Shown here piece by piece: positions 27,530 through 36,965 of a stretch of 64,000 nucleotides of DNA. A model generated the notes under the pieces. The model was not told the origin of the DNA, made no database searches, and was given only the letters and a program-made list of their open reading frames with translations. The stretch's first letter is position 1. The number at the start of each line of letters is the position of its first letter. Made by a program: the position numbers and the translations under genes. This DNA comes from Thermodesulfobacteriota bacterium. Lineage in GTDB: Bacteria > Desulfobacterota > Binatia > Bin18. Location: NCBI GenBank assembly GCA_964291405.2, contig OZ219926.1, forward strand, positions 2,784,001-2,848,000, given 5' to 3'.

Positions 27530-28442
27530 ACCGAAATGCCGGAATGATCTCTTCCCCGATCAGACGGGTATTTTCGTCAATATAGTCGGCGGGGCAGGCC
27601 GAGGGCAGGATCACTGTTTTCGCACCGGCGTCAATATATTCCTGAAGTCGTTTCTGGCACTCTTCCGGCGTGCCGGCCAGGGCATATTTCCCTATCAGCT
27701 TGGAAAAATCTTGGGCGTACTGCTTGCCGAGCCGGTTTGCCGCCATCTCCCGGCCTTTGTCTCCGTTCGCGTGGGTCGCGGTGAAGATGAACACCCCAGG
27801 CTGAAACGACTCGACATCCCGCCCGTACTCTTTGCGCAGACTTTTGATCTTCTCAATGCTGTCGTGGAGCTGTTCGGGCGTATACATATACGGCAGCCAG
27901 CCATCCGCATATTTTGCCGTGCGTTTCATGGCCGGCTCCTTGCGGCCGGCAACCCAGATTGGCGGTCGTGGTTTCTGTACGGGCGCCGGTTCAATGCTGA
28001 CTTCATTCAGCGTGGTGTACCTTCCTTCGAAGGACACTTTCTTTTCCGTCCATAAGCGGGTGATCACTTCAAGCGCCTCATTCGTACGAGAGCCGCGCTG
28101 CTTCACCGGTACGCCGCAGGCCTCGAACTCTTTTGGAAACTCTCCACCAATGCCAACCCCAAAGTTATAGCGTCCATGTGAGGCCACATCGAGCGCCGCA
28201 CCCATTTTTGCCACCAGGGCGGCCGGATATAGCGGCAGGAGGACGATAGAGCTGAGCAGTTTAATCTTCTGGGTGGCGCCGGCCGCAACCGAGAGCGAGA
28301 TAAAGGTATTGCCCACCGGTCCGTGAAACATGACGTGTTCGCCACAACCGAGCAAATCAAAATCTAGCTGCTCTGCCCGCCGGGCAAACTCCCCAATATT
28401 GTCCATGATTGGCAAAGCCGTCCCAAATTCAATATCTCCCAT
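27522..28442 (-). CDS. LLM-class flavin-dependent oxidoreductase
   Basis: GEHVMFHGP, GVGIGGEFPKEFEACGV and PVQKPRPPIWV motifs; start re-called at MGDI behind AGGAGG. Confidence 0.88.
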   Translation of the reverse strand: MGDIEFGTALPIMDNIGEFARRAEQLDFDLLGCGEHVMFHGPVGNTFISLSVAAGATQKIKLLSSIVLLPLYPAALVAKMGAALDVASHGRYNFGVGIGGEFPKEFEACGVPVKQRGSRTNEALEVITRLWTEKKVSFEGRYTTLNEVSIEPAPVQKPRPPIWVAGRKEPAMKRTAKYADGWLPYMYTPEQLHDSIEKIKSLRKEYGRDVESFQPGVFIFTATHANGDKGREMAANRLGKQYAQDFSKLIGKYALAGTPEECQKRLQEYIDAGAKTVILPSACPADYIDENTRLIGEEIIPAFRSG

Positions 28443-28538
28443 ACATCCTCCTACGAAATGATGTTCTCTCATAGCGGTGAACGTGGAGAGGAATCAAGCC
28501 GAGTCCGGTCCGTTCCAGGCCGAACGGAGTCTCTTGGC

Positions 28539-28877
28539 CTACTCCTCTGGCTTCTCGTCCATCCTCTGCCACGCGCCTCTCTGCCGCAGACGCTTGATAT
28601 CGTGAGCGGTCTGTTGCACCCGGATACCCATTGCGCCCAGGAGTTCAGTGCTCATATCCGCAGTAATCTGATCCTTGATGCTGCCGCTGCCGTAGGGGTC
28701 GGCGTTCATGAAGGCCTCGATTTTTTCGCGTGGTAGGCCGGTTTCGATGCAGATGTCCAGAAATTGCAGCAGGTCGATTTGCCCGCGCTGTTGGGTATAC
28801 AGCTCGTGTAAGCGTCGACAGTCTGCGCATATCCGTTTGAACCAGCCCGCGCGCTCCTGGCAGTATGCGCATTTCAT
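28539..28877 (-). CDS. Hypothetical protein with N-terminal CxxC-x10-CxxC zinc ribbon
   Basis: MKCAYC...ICADC; codon usage like the host. Confidence 0.6.
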   Translation of the reverse strand: MKCAYCQERAGWFKRICADCRRLHELYTQQRGQIDLLQFLDICIETGLPREKIEAFMNADPYGSGSIKDQITADMSTELLGAMGIRVQQTAHDIKRLRQRGAWQRMDEKPEE

Positions 28878-28971
28878 CGCCCCGAGCTTAACGGTTCGCC
28901 CGGAGGGGAACAACGGGCGGGGCCAGACGATTTTGTGCTGGACAGTAAGAGTTGAGCGATATAAGGCTGAG

Positions 28972-28991
28972 AAGAGTAAACGTTTACTCTT
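28972..28991. repeat. Perfect 20-bp palindrome; collapsed copy of the 17-bp IR element
   Basis: AAGAGTAAAC|GTTTACTCTT, 28 bp upstream of the xylE start. Confidence 0.75.
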
Positions 28992-29019
28992 TGATGAACG
29001 TTCCGCAGGAGGGAGACCT

Positions 29020-29937
29020 ATGAGTGTAATGCGGCTCGGGTATGTACACGCCCGCGAATCGGACCTTGAGAAAGCGATTGACTATTACAGCAACGTCTTG
29101 GGGCTACAGGAAGTCGCCTGTCAGGACGACAAACATTATTTCAAATGCTGGGACGAGTATGACCATCACAGTCTGGTCGTTGAAAATGGTGGCCTGGGTA
29201 TGGTGAAGATGGGTTATAAAGTCGCGACTCAGGATGATCTTACCCAGATTGAGAAAGGGGCAGAGCAGTTCGGCCTGAGCGTCAGTCGGGTCTCGGCCGG
29301 TGAGAATCTGGGGATTGGACAGGCCGTCCGCTGCACGCTCCCGTCTGACCACGTATTGGAACTGTACGCCGAGGCCGAGCAGAGCGGCACCCAGGTTGGC
29401 GTGCTCAACCCTGACCCGTGGCCGAGCGACCGGTCGGCGACCGGCATCGGGCCAGACCGATTGGATCATCTGTTACTGACGGCTGAAGACGTGCAGACCA
29501 ATGTGGACTTCTTCACCCAAGTCCTCGGCTTTCGGATGAGCGAGCGGATCATTCCCGACCCGAACAACGAAGAACTCTTGGGCGCGTTTTTGTTTTGCTC
29601 GAACAAGGCGCACGATATCGCCTTTGTCAAAGGCCCGAACGGGAAGCTGCACCACTTCGCTTTCTGGCTGGATAGCTGGAATGATATTTTACGGGCCGGC
29701 GATATCCTGGGCAGGAATAATGTGAAAATCGACTTCGGTCCGGCCCGACATGGAATCACCCGCGGTACGACGATTTACTTCCTGGGCCCAAACGGCAATC
29801 GCAATGAGGTTTTCTCAGGCGGGTATATGACCTACGCCGACTTCCCGTGTATTACCTGGACCGCGGATCAGATCGGGAAAGCCATTTTCTATATTCACCG
29901 AGAGGTCAACGAGCGCTTCAACACCCACGTCACGTGA
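29020..29937 (+). CDS. xylE: Catechol 2,3-dioxygenase (extradiol, type I)
   Basis: MRLGYV, FKCWDEYDHHS, RLDHLLL, KAHDIAF, LHHFAF and GPARHGITRGTTIYF..GNRNEVF motifs; start re-called at 29020 behind GGAGGG. Confidence 0.93.
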   Translation: MSVMRLGYVHARESDLEKAIDYYSNVLGLQEVACQDDKHYFKCWDEYDHHSLVVENGGLGMVKMGYKVATQDDLTQIEKGAEQFGLSVSRVSAGENLGIGQAVRCTLPSDHVLELYAEAEQSGTQVGVLNPDPWPSDRSATGIGPDRLDHLLLTAEDVQTNVDFFTQVLGFRMSERIIPDPNNEELLGAFLFCSNKAHDIAFVKGPNGKLHHFAFWLDSWNDILRAGDILGRNNVKIDFGPARHGITRGTTIYFLGPNGNRNEVFSGGYMTYADFPCITWTADQIGKAIFYIHREVNERFNTHVT

Positions 29938-29987
29938 TGACTCCTCTGCCCGCCTGATTTGCTCGGTGGATAGCCGCCCGGCCTCAC

Positions 29988-31313
29988 CTAGCCTGTCGGC
30001 TCTGCGACCGAGAGCAACGGCCGGCGAGGCCGAGCCCGCTGGGCAGCCGGCAGCTCACGCGGGATATAGCGGGTGTATAATTCATAGCGCTTGAGAATAG
30101 CATTGACATACTGCACCGCCTCACCGCCGGGGATAAAACTGGCGTTGATCTGCTGATAATACTCGGCGTCTTCCAGGAGAGGGAAAACGGACTCAACCGA
30201 GTCTTTCCAACAGTACGGGTCGTAGCCCAGGGCATGGGCGAGCCGCTGGGCCGCTCTGACTCGACTCGGGCCCAGCAGGTAGCCACTCAGAGCCAGGGCA
30301 AGACGGTCCTGGTGCCTGCCATCAGGGAACTGTTGCAGGAGAGACTGTAGATATTTGGTCCCTGCCTCAAGATTGCCGTGCAGGGTGTAAAAATCTTTCA
30401 CCCCGACCTCACGAGCCGCAACCTCCCTGACTTGCATAAGGCCATACGCGTCGCGCGGACTCCTCCGTTTTGGGTCAAAGCGCGATTCCTCAAAAATAAG
30501 AGCAGCAATAAGCCGCCAGTCAAAGCCAGCCAGCTCAGCATACTGCGCAATGAGAGGGTCGTATCGCGACAAACGGTTGGAGAATGCTGTTGATTCATCC
30601 GAACGGAGAAAACGGGTTGTTGTAAAATACTTCTCGTACAAAATTTTCTGTAGACCGGAGCGCTTCGTTTGAGCGTGATAGTCATTGATCGTGGCGAGCA
30701 GTTCCGAGTGTTCTGCTCGGACCGCCCAGCCTATCTGGGCCGGCTCCGAAAGAGGGCATACGCTTTCAGGGTGAGCGGCTGCCTCAGAAAGAACAGCGTT
30801 GGTCTGGAGCGCCTCGGGTGAACCTTGGTTCGTATTGCGAAGCAGCAGCGGCGTGTGAGGTTGGTCTGCCCGAGTAATAACCCGGACATCCGTGGCCATA
30901 TGGGCCTGAGAGTACCGAATGCGAGTGGAGGGGCCGCCATCCGGGACAACAACACCGGCGGCAATATCGCCTCTCCCTTCAACGAGCCACTGCGTGAGCG
31001 CCACACCTGGGGGTGGGGTCCGGACCTGGAGGGTGACGCCAAGCTGCCGGGCAAACTCGCGGGCCAATTCGTATTCAAACCCCTGTTCCTGACCCCGGTA
31101 GAGAAAATAGGACGCTGCATCATGGTGCATGAGCACGGTGAGTACTCCCCGTTTTTGGATATCAGCGACGGTTGGATGCAGGACGTGAAGAACCCGAACG
31201 GCAGAAGGAGCAGGTAAGATCGGCGCAGAGGGTGGAGACCAGAGCACCACGCCGCCGAGCGTACTCATCAGAACCAAGATCAGGATGCTGAAACGAAGGC
31301 TATTATGTCGCAT
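29988..31313 (-). CDS. mltF: MltF-like lytic transglycosylase (SBP-like domain plus SLT domain)
   Basis: GFEYELAREFA, DWRLIAALIFEESRFDP, AYGLMQV and GGEAVQYV motifs. Confidence 0.8.
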   Translation of the reverse strand: MRHNSLRFSILILVLMSTLGGVVLWSPPSAPILPAPSAVRVLHVLHPTVADIQKRGVLTVLMHHDAASYFLYRGQEQGFEYELAREFARQLGVTLQVRTPPPGVALTQWLVEGRGDIAAGVVVPDGGPSTRIRYSQAHMATDVRVITRADQPHTPLLLRNTNQGSPEALQTNAVLSEAAAHPESVCPLSEPAQIGWAVRAEHSELLATINDYHAQTKRSGLQKILYEKYFTTTRFLRSDESTAFSNRLSRYDPLIAQYAELAGFDWRLIAALIFEESRFDPKRRSPRDAYGLMQVREVAAREVGVKDFYTLHGNLEAGTKYLQSLLQQFPDGRHQDRLALALSGYLLGPSRVRAAQRLAHALGYDPYCWKDSVESVFPLLEDAEYYQQINASFIPGGEAVQYVNAILKRYELYTRYIPRELPAAQRARPRRPLLSVAEPTG

Positions 31314-31409
31314 ACAGACAGTAGGAATATCCTTTACTCTTTTCGTTATTGTACAGCCCGCTCCTCCGGCGTGTTTGACAGTCTCAGACTTTTTACTTAC
31401 CGTGCCCGT

Positions 31410-32060
31410 GTGAACACGCGCGAAAAAATTCTCGACGTTGCCGGACGGCTGTTCGCCACGCAGGGGTATGCCGATACCTCATTGGCACAAGTGGCCCGGT
31501 CTGCGGAAGTGAGTAAGGCCCTCATTCTGTGGCATTTCAATAGCAAGAATGACCTCTTTCGTACGGCCTTACAGAACTTCCTGTCCCCGTACGCTATCGA
31601 CGCGACCGGCCTGCGTGGGCTGAGTGAACGGGAACAATTTGAGAAACTCATTGATGACTATTATACCTTTATCACTGACCACTTACCATCAGTAAAATTT
31701 GTCCTGGGCCAAGTCGTCCGTGAGGAAGAGAACGCTAAAGAGGTCATTGACCATGTCAGCGACCTCTACCACGTGTATCAGCAGTTGTTGACTTCCATTC
31801 TGAATCAGGGCCGAAAGACGCGCGTATTCCTGCCTGACATTCAGTCGGCGGAAGAGGCGGCCTTGATTATGGCAACCCTGACCGGATTACTGGTCCAGCG
31901 GCTCGTTGACGCCAACAGTGGCGTCGATGCACCCCGGTTGCTGGCTCGCTTCAAGGAGACGCTCCGGAGCCGACTCTATATGACCGAGGCGGCTTCTCCT
32001 TTAGGCCGCACCGCAGCCTATCGTCTTACTGATGGAGCGCGCTCTGTCGCGGAGCGATAG
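31410..32060 (+). CDS. TetR-family transcriptional regulator
   Basis: TREKILDVAGRLFATQGY..VSKALILWHFNSKNDLF; GTG start assumed. Confidence 0.88.
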   Translation: MNTREKILDVAGRLFATQGYADTSLAQVARSAEVSKALILWHFNSKNDLFRTALQNFLSPYAIDATGLRGLSEREQFEKLIDDYYTFITDHLPSVKFVLGQVVREEENAKEVIDHVSDLYHVYQQLLTSILNQGRKTRVFLPDIQSAEEAALIMATLTGLLVQRLVDANSGVDAPRLLARFKETLRSRLYMTEAASPLGRTAAYRLTDGARSVAER

Positions 32061-32092
32061 CCACATCCGTGAGCACGACACAAGGAGGGCTT

Positions 32093-32305
32093 ATGGTCGA
32101 GAAAACGATTGAACTGACAGGTCTGTCTTCAACCAGTATTGAAGACGCGGTATCTCTTGCCGTCTCCCGGGCGGCCGTCACCGTTAGCGGGATCTACGAG
32201 GTCCAGGTCTCAGACATTACCGCAGTGGTCGAAGACGGAGTGATAGCCCGCTGGAAGGTGAAAATAAAAGCCACATTTCCCATTAAGGACAGCATACACG
32301 AATGA
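32093..32305 (+). CDS. Dodecin (flavin-binding)
   Basis: KTIELTGLSSTSIEDAV...WKVKIKATF; GGAGG RBS. Confidence 0.85.
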   Translation: MVEKTIELTGLSSTSIEDAVSLAVSRAAVTVSGIYEVQVSDITAVVEDGVIARWKVKIKATFPIKDSIHE

Positions 32306-33297
32306 CACAGACCGAAACCAAGACCGAAGCCAAGATTCGCGAAGTTGCCTCCGGCGTCTACCAGCTGTTTCTGCCACTCCCGATGCGGCCGAGCATTGTC
32401 AATGTCTATCTTGTCAGGGACGATGATGAATGGGCGTTGATCGATACGGGTATGCACACCGCAGACAGTATCGCCACGCTCAAGGCCGCTCTCAGCGCAG
32501 TTGGCTGTGAACCGACCTCTATCCGCACCCTCATCTCAACCCACCATCACGCCGACCACTTTGGCACCTCACGCACATACCAGGAGTTGACCGGTGCCGA
32601 GGTCTACCTGAATGAGTTAGAACTATCCCGGGTCGAGCGGCTGCAAGCGACCGAACGGCACCCCGAAGCGTTTGCGTTTTTTCAGCAACACGGCATTCCG
32701 TTGGACTCGCCGGAGCAACTGCCGACCCCAGGCAGCTTTTACGGTTCTCGTTATATGCCGGCCAAACCGGATCATTTCATCCGTGATGGCGAATCCCTCT
32801 ACGTAGGGAAACGTGAGCTGCGGGTCGTCTGGACGCCCGGTCATACACAAGGGCACTGCTGCATCTACCTGCCCGAGGATAAGGTCATGATCGTGGGCGA
32901 TCATCTCCTGCCCAAGATTACGCCCCACGTTGGTGTGTACTACGCGGGGCCGGACAATCCGCTCCGGGATTTTCTCGACTCCCAGGAGAAGATTCAGGAC
33001 TTTGACGTGGAACTCGTGTTGCCCGCCCATGGTGGCGTGTTTAAGGATCATCGTTACCGTGCCAAGCAGATTATTCAGCATCATCGCTACCGTTTGGATG
33101 AGATGTACGACCTCATTCGTGGGAAAGCCTATTCGGCCTATGAAGTCGCGTCCAAGGTCTTTGATTTGAATTCCGGCCTGCCTATCTTTCATGTGTTTGC
33201 GGCCACGTTTGAAACCTTGGCTCATCTGCACCTGCTGATGTACGATGGGAAGGTGAAACGAGTCGAAGACGAACCCATCACGCGCTTTATCGCCTGA
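32302..33297 (+). CDS. MBL-fold metallo-hydrolase
   Basis: THHHADHFG, TPGHTQGH, GDH and LPAHG motifs. Confidence 0.9.
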   Translation: MTQTETKTEAKIREVASGVYQLFLPLPMRPSIVNVYLVRDDDEWALIDTGMHTADSIATLKAALSAVGCEPTSIRTLISTHHHADHFGTSRTYQELTGAEVYLNELELSRVERLQATERHPEAFAFFQQHGIPLDSPEQLPTPGSFYGSRYMPAKPDHFIRDGESLYVGKRELRVVWTPGHTQGHCCIYLPEDKVMIVGDHLLPKITPHVGVYYAGPDNPLRDFLDSQEKIQDFDVELVLPAHGGVFKDHRYRAKQIIQHHRYRLDEMYDLIRGKAYSAYEVASKVFDLNSGLPIFHVFAATFETLAHLHLLMYDGKVKRVEDEPITRFIA

Positions 33298-33352
33298 AGC
33301 GGAGGCGCGGGCTTGGTGTCCCGGAGCGCATTTCACTCCGGGGGTTTTTCGT

Positions 33353-34093
33353 ATGCGCTACACCGTTTTCGATATTGAGACCCGCATCGACAAGAGCCTG
33401 GTGCGGGCCGTCTATTTCCCGCATGCGGAAGAAGAGGGCTTGTCGGACGACGATACTTACCGCCGGATGCAGCAACGCCTGCGCGAGGAACAGGGTAATG
33501 ATTTTTTCCCGCTGTCTTTTCATCTGCCTATTTCCATCGCTGTCGGGCAAGTGAATGAAGAGCGAGTGCTGACCGGAGTCGAGACGATTCCTACCGCGGA
33601 CACCGCTCAATCAGAGGCGGCCGAGGAAGCATTAATACGAGCGTTTTGGGAACGGCTGGAACGCTTCTCCGGGACCCTGGTCAGTTTCAATGGGCGGAAT
33701 TTCGACCTGCCCGTGTTGGAACTGCAAGCGCTCAAGCATGGCTGCCGCATTCCACGCTATTTTAGTGGCAAGGCCCGTTATCGATTCTCTGACGAAGGCC
33801 ACTACGATCTCTACGATTTTCTGACCAACTACGGAGTCCATCGTCTGCGGGGCGGCTTTAACGCCCTCGCCAAGCTGATCGGACTGCCGGGGAAAACCGA
33901 TATTGACGGATCGATGGTCCAGCAGTTGTGGGAAGACGGACGTTTGGACGATATCCACCGCTACTGTCGCACTGATGTCATCCAAACCTATTTTCTTTTT
34001 CTGCGGGTCGAGTTGATGCGCGGGCGGATAACCCAGCAGCAGTACGATACCGCTACCGAGCAGTCCGCGTCCTTTCTTGAGGAAGAAGCCTAG
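33353..34093 (+). CDS. PolB-like 3'-5' exonuclease
   Basis: FDIET, FNGRNFDLPVL, PGKTDIDGSMV and YCRTDV (DEDD) motifs. Confidence 0.88.
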   Translation: MRYTVFDIETRIDKSLVRAVYFPHAEEEGLSDDDTYRRMQQRLREEQGNDFFPLSFHLPISIAVGQVNEERVLTGVETIPTADTAQSEAAEEALIRAFWERLERFSGTLVSFNGRNFDLPVLELQALKHGCRIPRYFSGKARYRFSDEGHYDLYDFLTNYGVHRLRGGFNALAKLIGLPGKTDIDGSMVQQLWEDGRLDDIHRYCRTDVIQTYFLFLRVELMRGRITQQQYDTATEQSASFLEEEA

Positions 34094-34193
34094 GGCGTGG
34101 CGGGACCTCGGCTCTCGACTCGCTCGTCAGTGGGTTTTCCGGCTGCCTGCGCAGAGGGAGTATGGGTCGATAACGCACGGCGCCTGCTACACC

Positions 34194-34532
34194 ATGGACA
34201 TTGCAAAGGGATATATTTTTCTCCTGCTCGGCGTAAGCCTCTCCCTGGGGTGTGTCTCGCACACGGAACGCGTACCGTACCGTCCACACCTGACGCAGCA
34301 AGATGAAGGGGTATGGGCTGAGGTGAAGCGTGAGTTTGGCTGGCAGTCGTCGCGCAAAACAACCAGGCCGAAAAAAAGACAGGCATCGTTCTATACAAGA
34401 ATGGTCCGGAGCGTCACAGGCTGGTTTACGGATAACGAGCGGCCTGTAGGACCGGACATCCACCCGCGCCAGTGGGAACGGATGCACCAGGAATACGAGC
34501 GGGAGCAGAAGAAGAGGTTGGGGCTGTACTAG
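34194..34532 (+). CDS. Hypothetical lipoprotein
   Basis: Hydrophobic leader ending in LSLGC. Confidence 0.5.
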   Translation: MDIAKGYIFLLLGVSLSLGCVSHTERVPYRPHLTQQDEGVWAEVKREFGWQSSRKTTRPKKRQASFYTRMVRSVTGWFTDNERPVGPDIHPRQWERMHQEYEREQKKRLGLY

Positions 34533-34587
34533 GGGCGGGGAGAAAGGCTATCGATACGGTCAGGGCTTTGAGAGGGAAAGGAGCGCC

Positions 34588-35691
34588 ATGAAAGCATTGG
34601 TTGTCGGAGGCACCGGACCGACCGGACCGTTTATTGTGAATGGCCTGATTGAGCGGGGCTATGAGGTCACGATTTTTCATCGTGGAACGCACGAAATTCC
34701 TGAAATTCCGCCTGAGGTCGAACATATTCACGGGGATCCGCATTTCCGAGAAACCATAGACGCCGCCCTGACTGGCCGTACGTTTGATCTGGCGGTCGTC
34801 ACCTACGGACGGATTCGTTTTCTTGCCGAAGCCCTGGTCGGTAAGATCGGGCGTTTTGTGGGCGTGGGTGGAGTAGCGAGTTACCGGGGGTATATGGACC
34901 CCTCGGTGCTGTCTCCCGTTGGGCTCAAAGTGGCGGTTGCCGAAGATGCACCCGTTGTTGAAAGTGAAGCGGAACTCCGCTTTGCCTATCTGATTGCCCA
35001 AACCGAACAAGCCGTGCTGGCCTGCCATCCCACCGCAGCCTATTTCCGGTATCCCTACGTCTACGGCCCCTATCAGCTCGTTCCACGCGAGTGGTGTGTG
35101 ATCCGGCGTATTCTTGACAAGCGCCCGCATATGATCGTCGCCGATGGTGGGCTGACGCTTTTTACCCACGGCTATGCTGCCAATCTGGCCCACGCGGTGC
35201 TGCTGGCGGTTGATCAGCCCGAGGCATCGGCTGGACAGTTATACAACTGTGGCGATGAAAGTCAGCTCACGATCCATCAGGCGATCGAAGTGATTTCCGG
35301 AGCCATGAATTATGAGTGGGACATTATCAGCATGCCCAACGACCTGGCGCGTCCCGCGCGACCCTACACCATGCAGGAAACCTCCCACCACCGCGTTGTT
35401 GACCTGACCAAGATCAAAAACCAACTGGGGTACACGGACCTCTATCCAGTCGAAGAGGCCATAGAAAAAACGGTCGCATGGTATCTGGCCAACCAGCCCG
35501 AACGGGGTGGAGAGATTGAAAGGCGCCTGCAAGACCCGTTTAACTATGAGGCTGAAGATCGCCTCATCGCCGCGTATCAGGACAGCATGCAGCGCTTAGC
35601 CGATATTCCCTTTGCGGTCCAAACGGACCGCCCGCATCCGTACGCCCACCCCAAGGAGCCGGGCCAGGAACGGGACCACCGGGAACGCTAG
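34588..35691 (+). CDS. NAD-dependent epimerase/dehydratase-family (atypical SDR) protein
   Basis: GGTGPTG, FRYPYVYGP and YNCGD motifs. Confidence 0.85.
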   Translation: MKALVVGGTGPTGPFIVNGLIERGYEVTIFHRGTHEIPEIPPEVEHIHGDPHFRETIDAALTGRTFDLAVVTYGRIRFLAEALVGKIGRFVGVGGVASYRGYMDPSVLSPVGLKVAVAEDAPVVESEAELRFAYLIAQTEQAVLACHPTAAYFRYPYVYGPYQLVPREWCVIRRILDKRPHMIVADGGLTLFTHGYAANLAHAVLLAVDQPEASAGQLYNCGDESQLTIHQAIEVISGAMNYEWDIISMPNDLARPARPYTMQETSHHRVVDLTKIKNQLGYTDLYPVEEAIEKTVAWYLANQPERGGEIERRLQDPFNYEAEDRLIAAYQDSMQRLADIPFAVQTDRPHPYAHPKEPGQERDHRER

Positions 35692-35760
35692 AGGAGTCTT
35701 GTCGGGGCAGGAGGGTTATCACGTCTTTGTAAACGCCGATGGCGACGTAATAAAGAAAGC

Positions 35761-35847
35761 CTACTTCGTCCAGCGCAAGACATCGATGCCACAATAAATC
35801 AGCACCCCGATGAAGGTCAGAAAAACAATGGAAACGATGATATCCAT
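35761..35847 (-). CDS. Candidate 28-aa single-TM small protein
   Basis: MDIIVSIVFLTFIGVLIYCGIDVLRWTK*; not in the ORF track; weak RBS. Confidence 0.35.
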   Translation of the reverse strand: MDIIVSIVFLTFIGVLIYCGIDVLRWTK

Positions 35848-35886
35848 GTTGCAAATCCCGTAGCTATTGTCCTAGTGGTCCCGTCC

Positions 35887-36753
35887 TTACGCTGGCATCA
35901 GGCCGAAGTCGTACTCCAGCAAGGTGAAGGGTGTTGTCAGGCCATAGCGTTCGGCCAGGGTTGCGTCCTCACACTCCTTGAAGTCGGCCACGAGCGAGTC
36001 CTTGGTGGCAAAGACCGCGTCCGAGTCCAGATAGGCGTCACCCTTCACGAAGATGTGGGTAGTCAGGGGTCTGTAGCCGTCAGCGGAGAGCATGAAATGC
36101 ACATGCGCCGGACGCATCCCGTGCCGTCCGGTTGCATCCAGCATGCGGCCGACCGGGCCATCGGTTGGAATCGAATAGCTCACCGGGGTTTCAGAGATGA
36201 TCGCATAACCGCCGTCTTCTTCAGTCGTGAATCTCCCGCGCAGATTCCACTCAGGCGCGTCCTGGTCCTGAATATCGTACAGGCCGTTGGCCGAGGTCTG
36301 CCACACATCAACCGTCGCTCCTGCAATGGGTGCCCCCTCGGCGTCCGTGACCTTCCCTCTCATTAACGTTGGCCGTGCGCCAACGTCTCTGCGGATGACG
36401 GATGTGCCGTTCTTCTGTTCCGGTGCGTCCTCGACATAAAATGGACCCAAGACGGTCGATTCGGTCCCAAGACCCGTCTTGGGATGATTGAGCGTATCGA
36501 CCAGCATGGACACTCCCAGTGTGTCGGACAGCAGGATAAACTCCTGCCGTTTGTCGTCGCACATTTTGCCCGTAGCAGTCAGAAACTGGATGCCCGCAAA
36601 CCATTCATCCTCCGTGAGTTCAACCTCCTTCACAAAGGCGTGCATATGCTCGATGAGGCTGGTGATGATGCGCTGCATGCGTGGGTCCGAGGTCTTGCTC
36701 GCATATTCTTTCACAACCGCTTCGGTGATGTTGTCTGCTGTATAATCACGCAT
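35887..36753 (-). CDS. Intradiol ring-cleavage dioxygenase (hydroxyquinol/catechol 1,2-dioxygenase family)
   Basis: RQEFILLSDTLG, TVLGPFY, GLYDIQ, YSIPTDGPVG and MRPAHVHF motifs (Tyr/Tyr/His/His Fe ligands). Confidence 0.92.
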   Translation of the reverse strand: MRDYTADNITEAVVKEYASKTSDPRMQRIITSLIEHMHAFVKEVELTEDEWFAGIQFLTATGKMCDDKRQEFILLSDTLGVSMLVDTLNHPKTGLGTESTVLGPFYVEDAPEQKNGTSVIRRDVGARPTLMRGKVTDAEGAPIAGATVDVWQTSANGLYDIQDQDAPEWNLRGRFTTEEDGGYAIISETPVSYSIPTDGPVGRMLDATGRHGMRPAHVHFMLSADGYRPLTTHIFVKGDAYLDSDAVFATKDSLVADFKECEDATLAERYGLTTPFTLLEYDFGLMPA

Positions 36754-36965
36754 ACTCTTCCCTCCTCTTGGCGTGGACAAGTCAAAGCCTGCTCGATACA
36801 GGGTTGGCTACCTCCAGGAATAGCGTAGCGGTGGCTTGTCGCATACCCCGCTATCATTCTCTTCTGTTGACATAACGTATCGGTTGATGAGCATATGATG
36901 TGTTTGAGGGACACCCATCCATTCGTAGATAAGTAAACGCGAGGGGAAAGAGAGGGATATCCTAT

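Noticed and set aside
28708-29019. 104-aa N-terminal extension of catechol 2,3-dioxygenase
   Set aside because: It overlaps an opposite-strand gene. The RBS and family start are at 29020.
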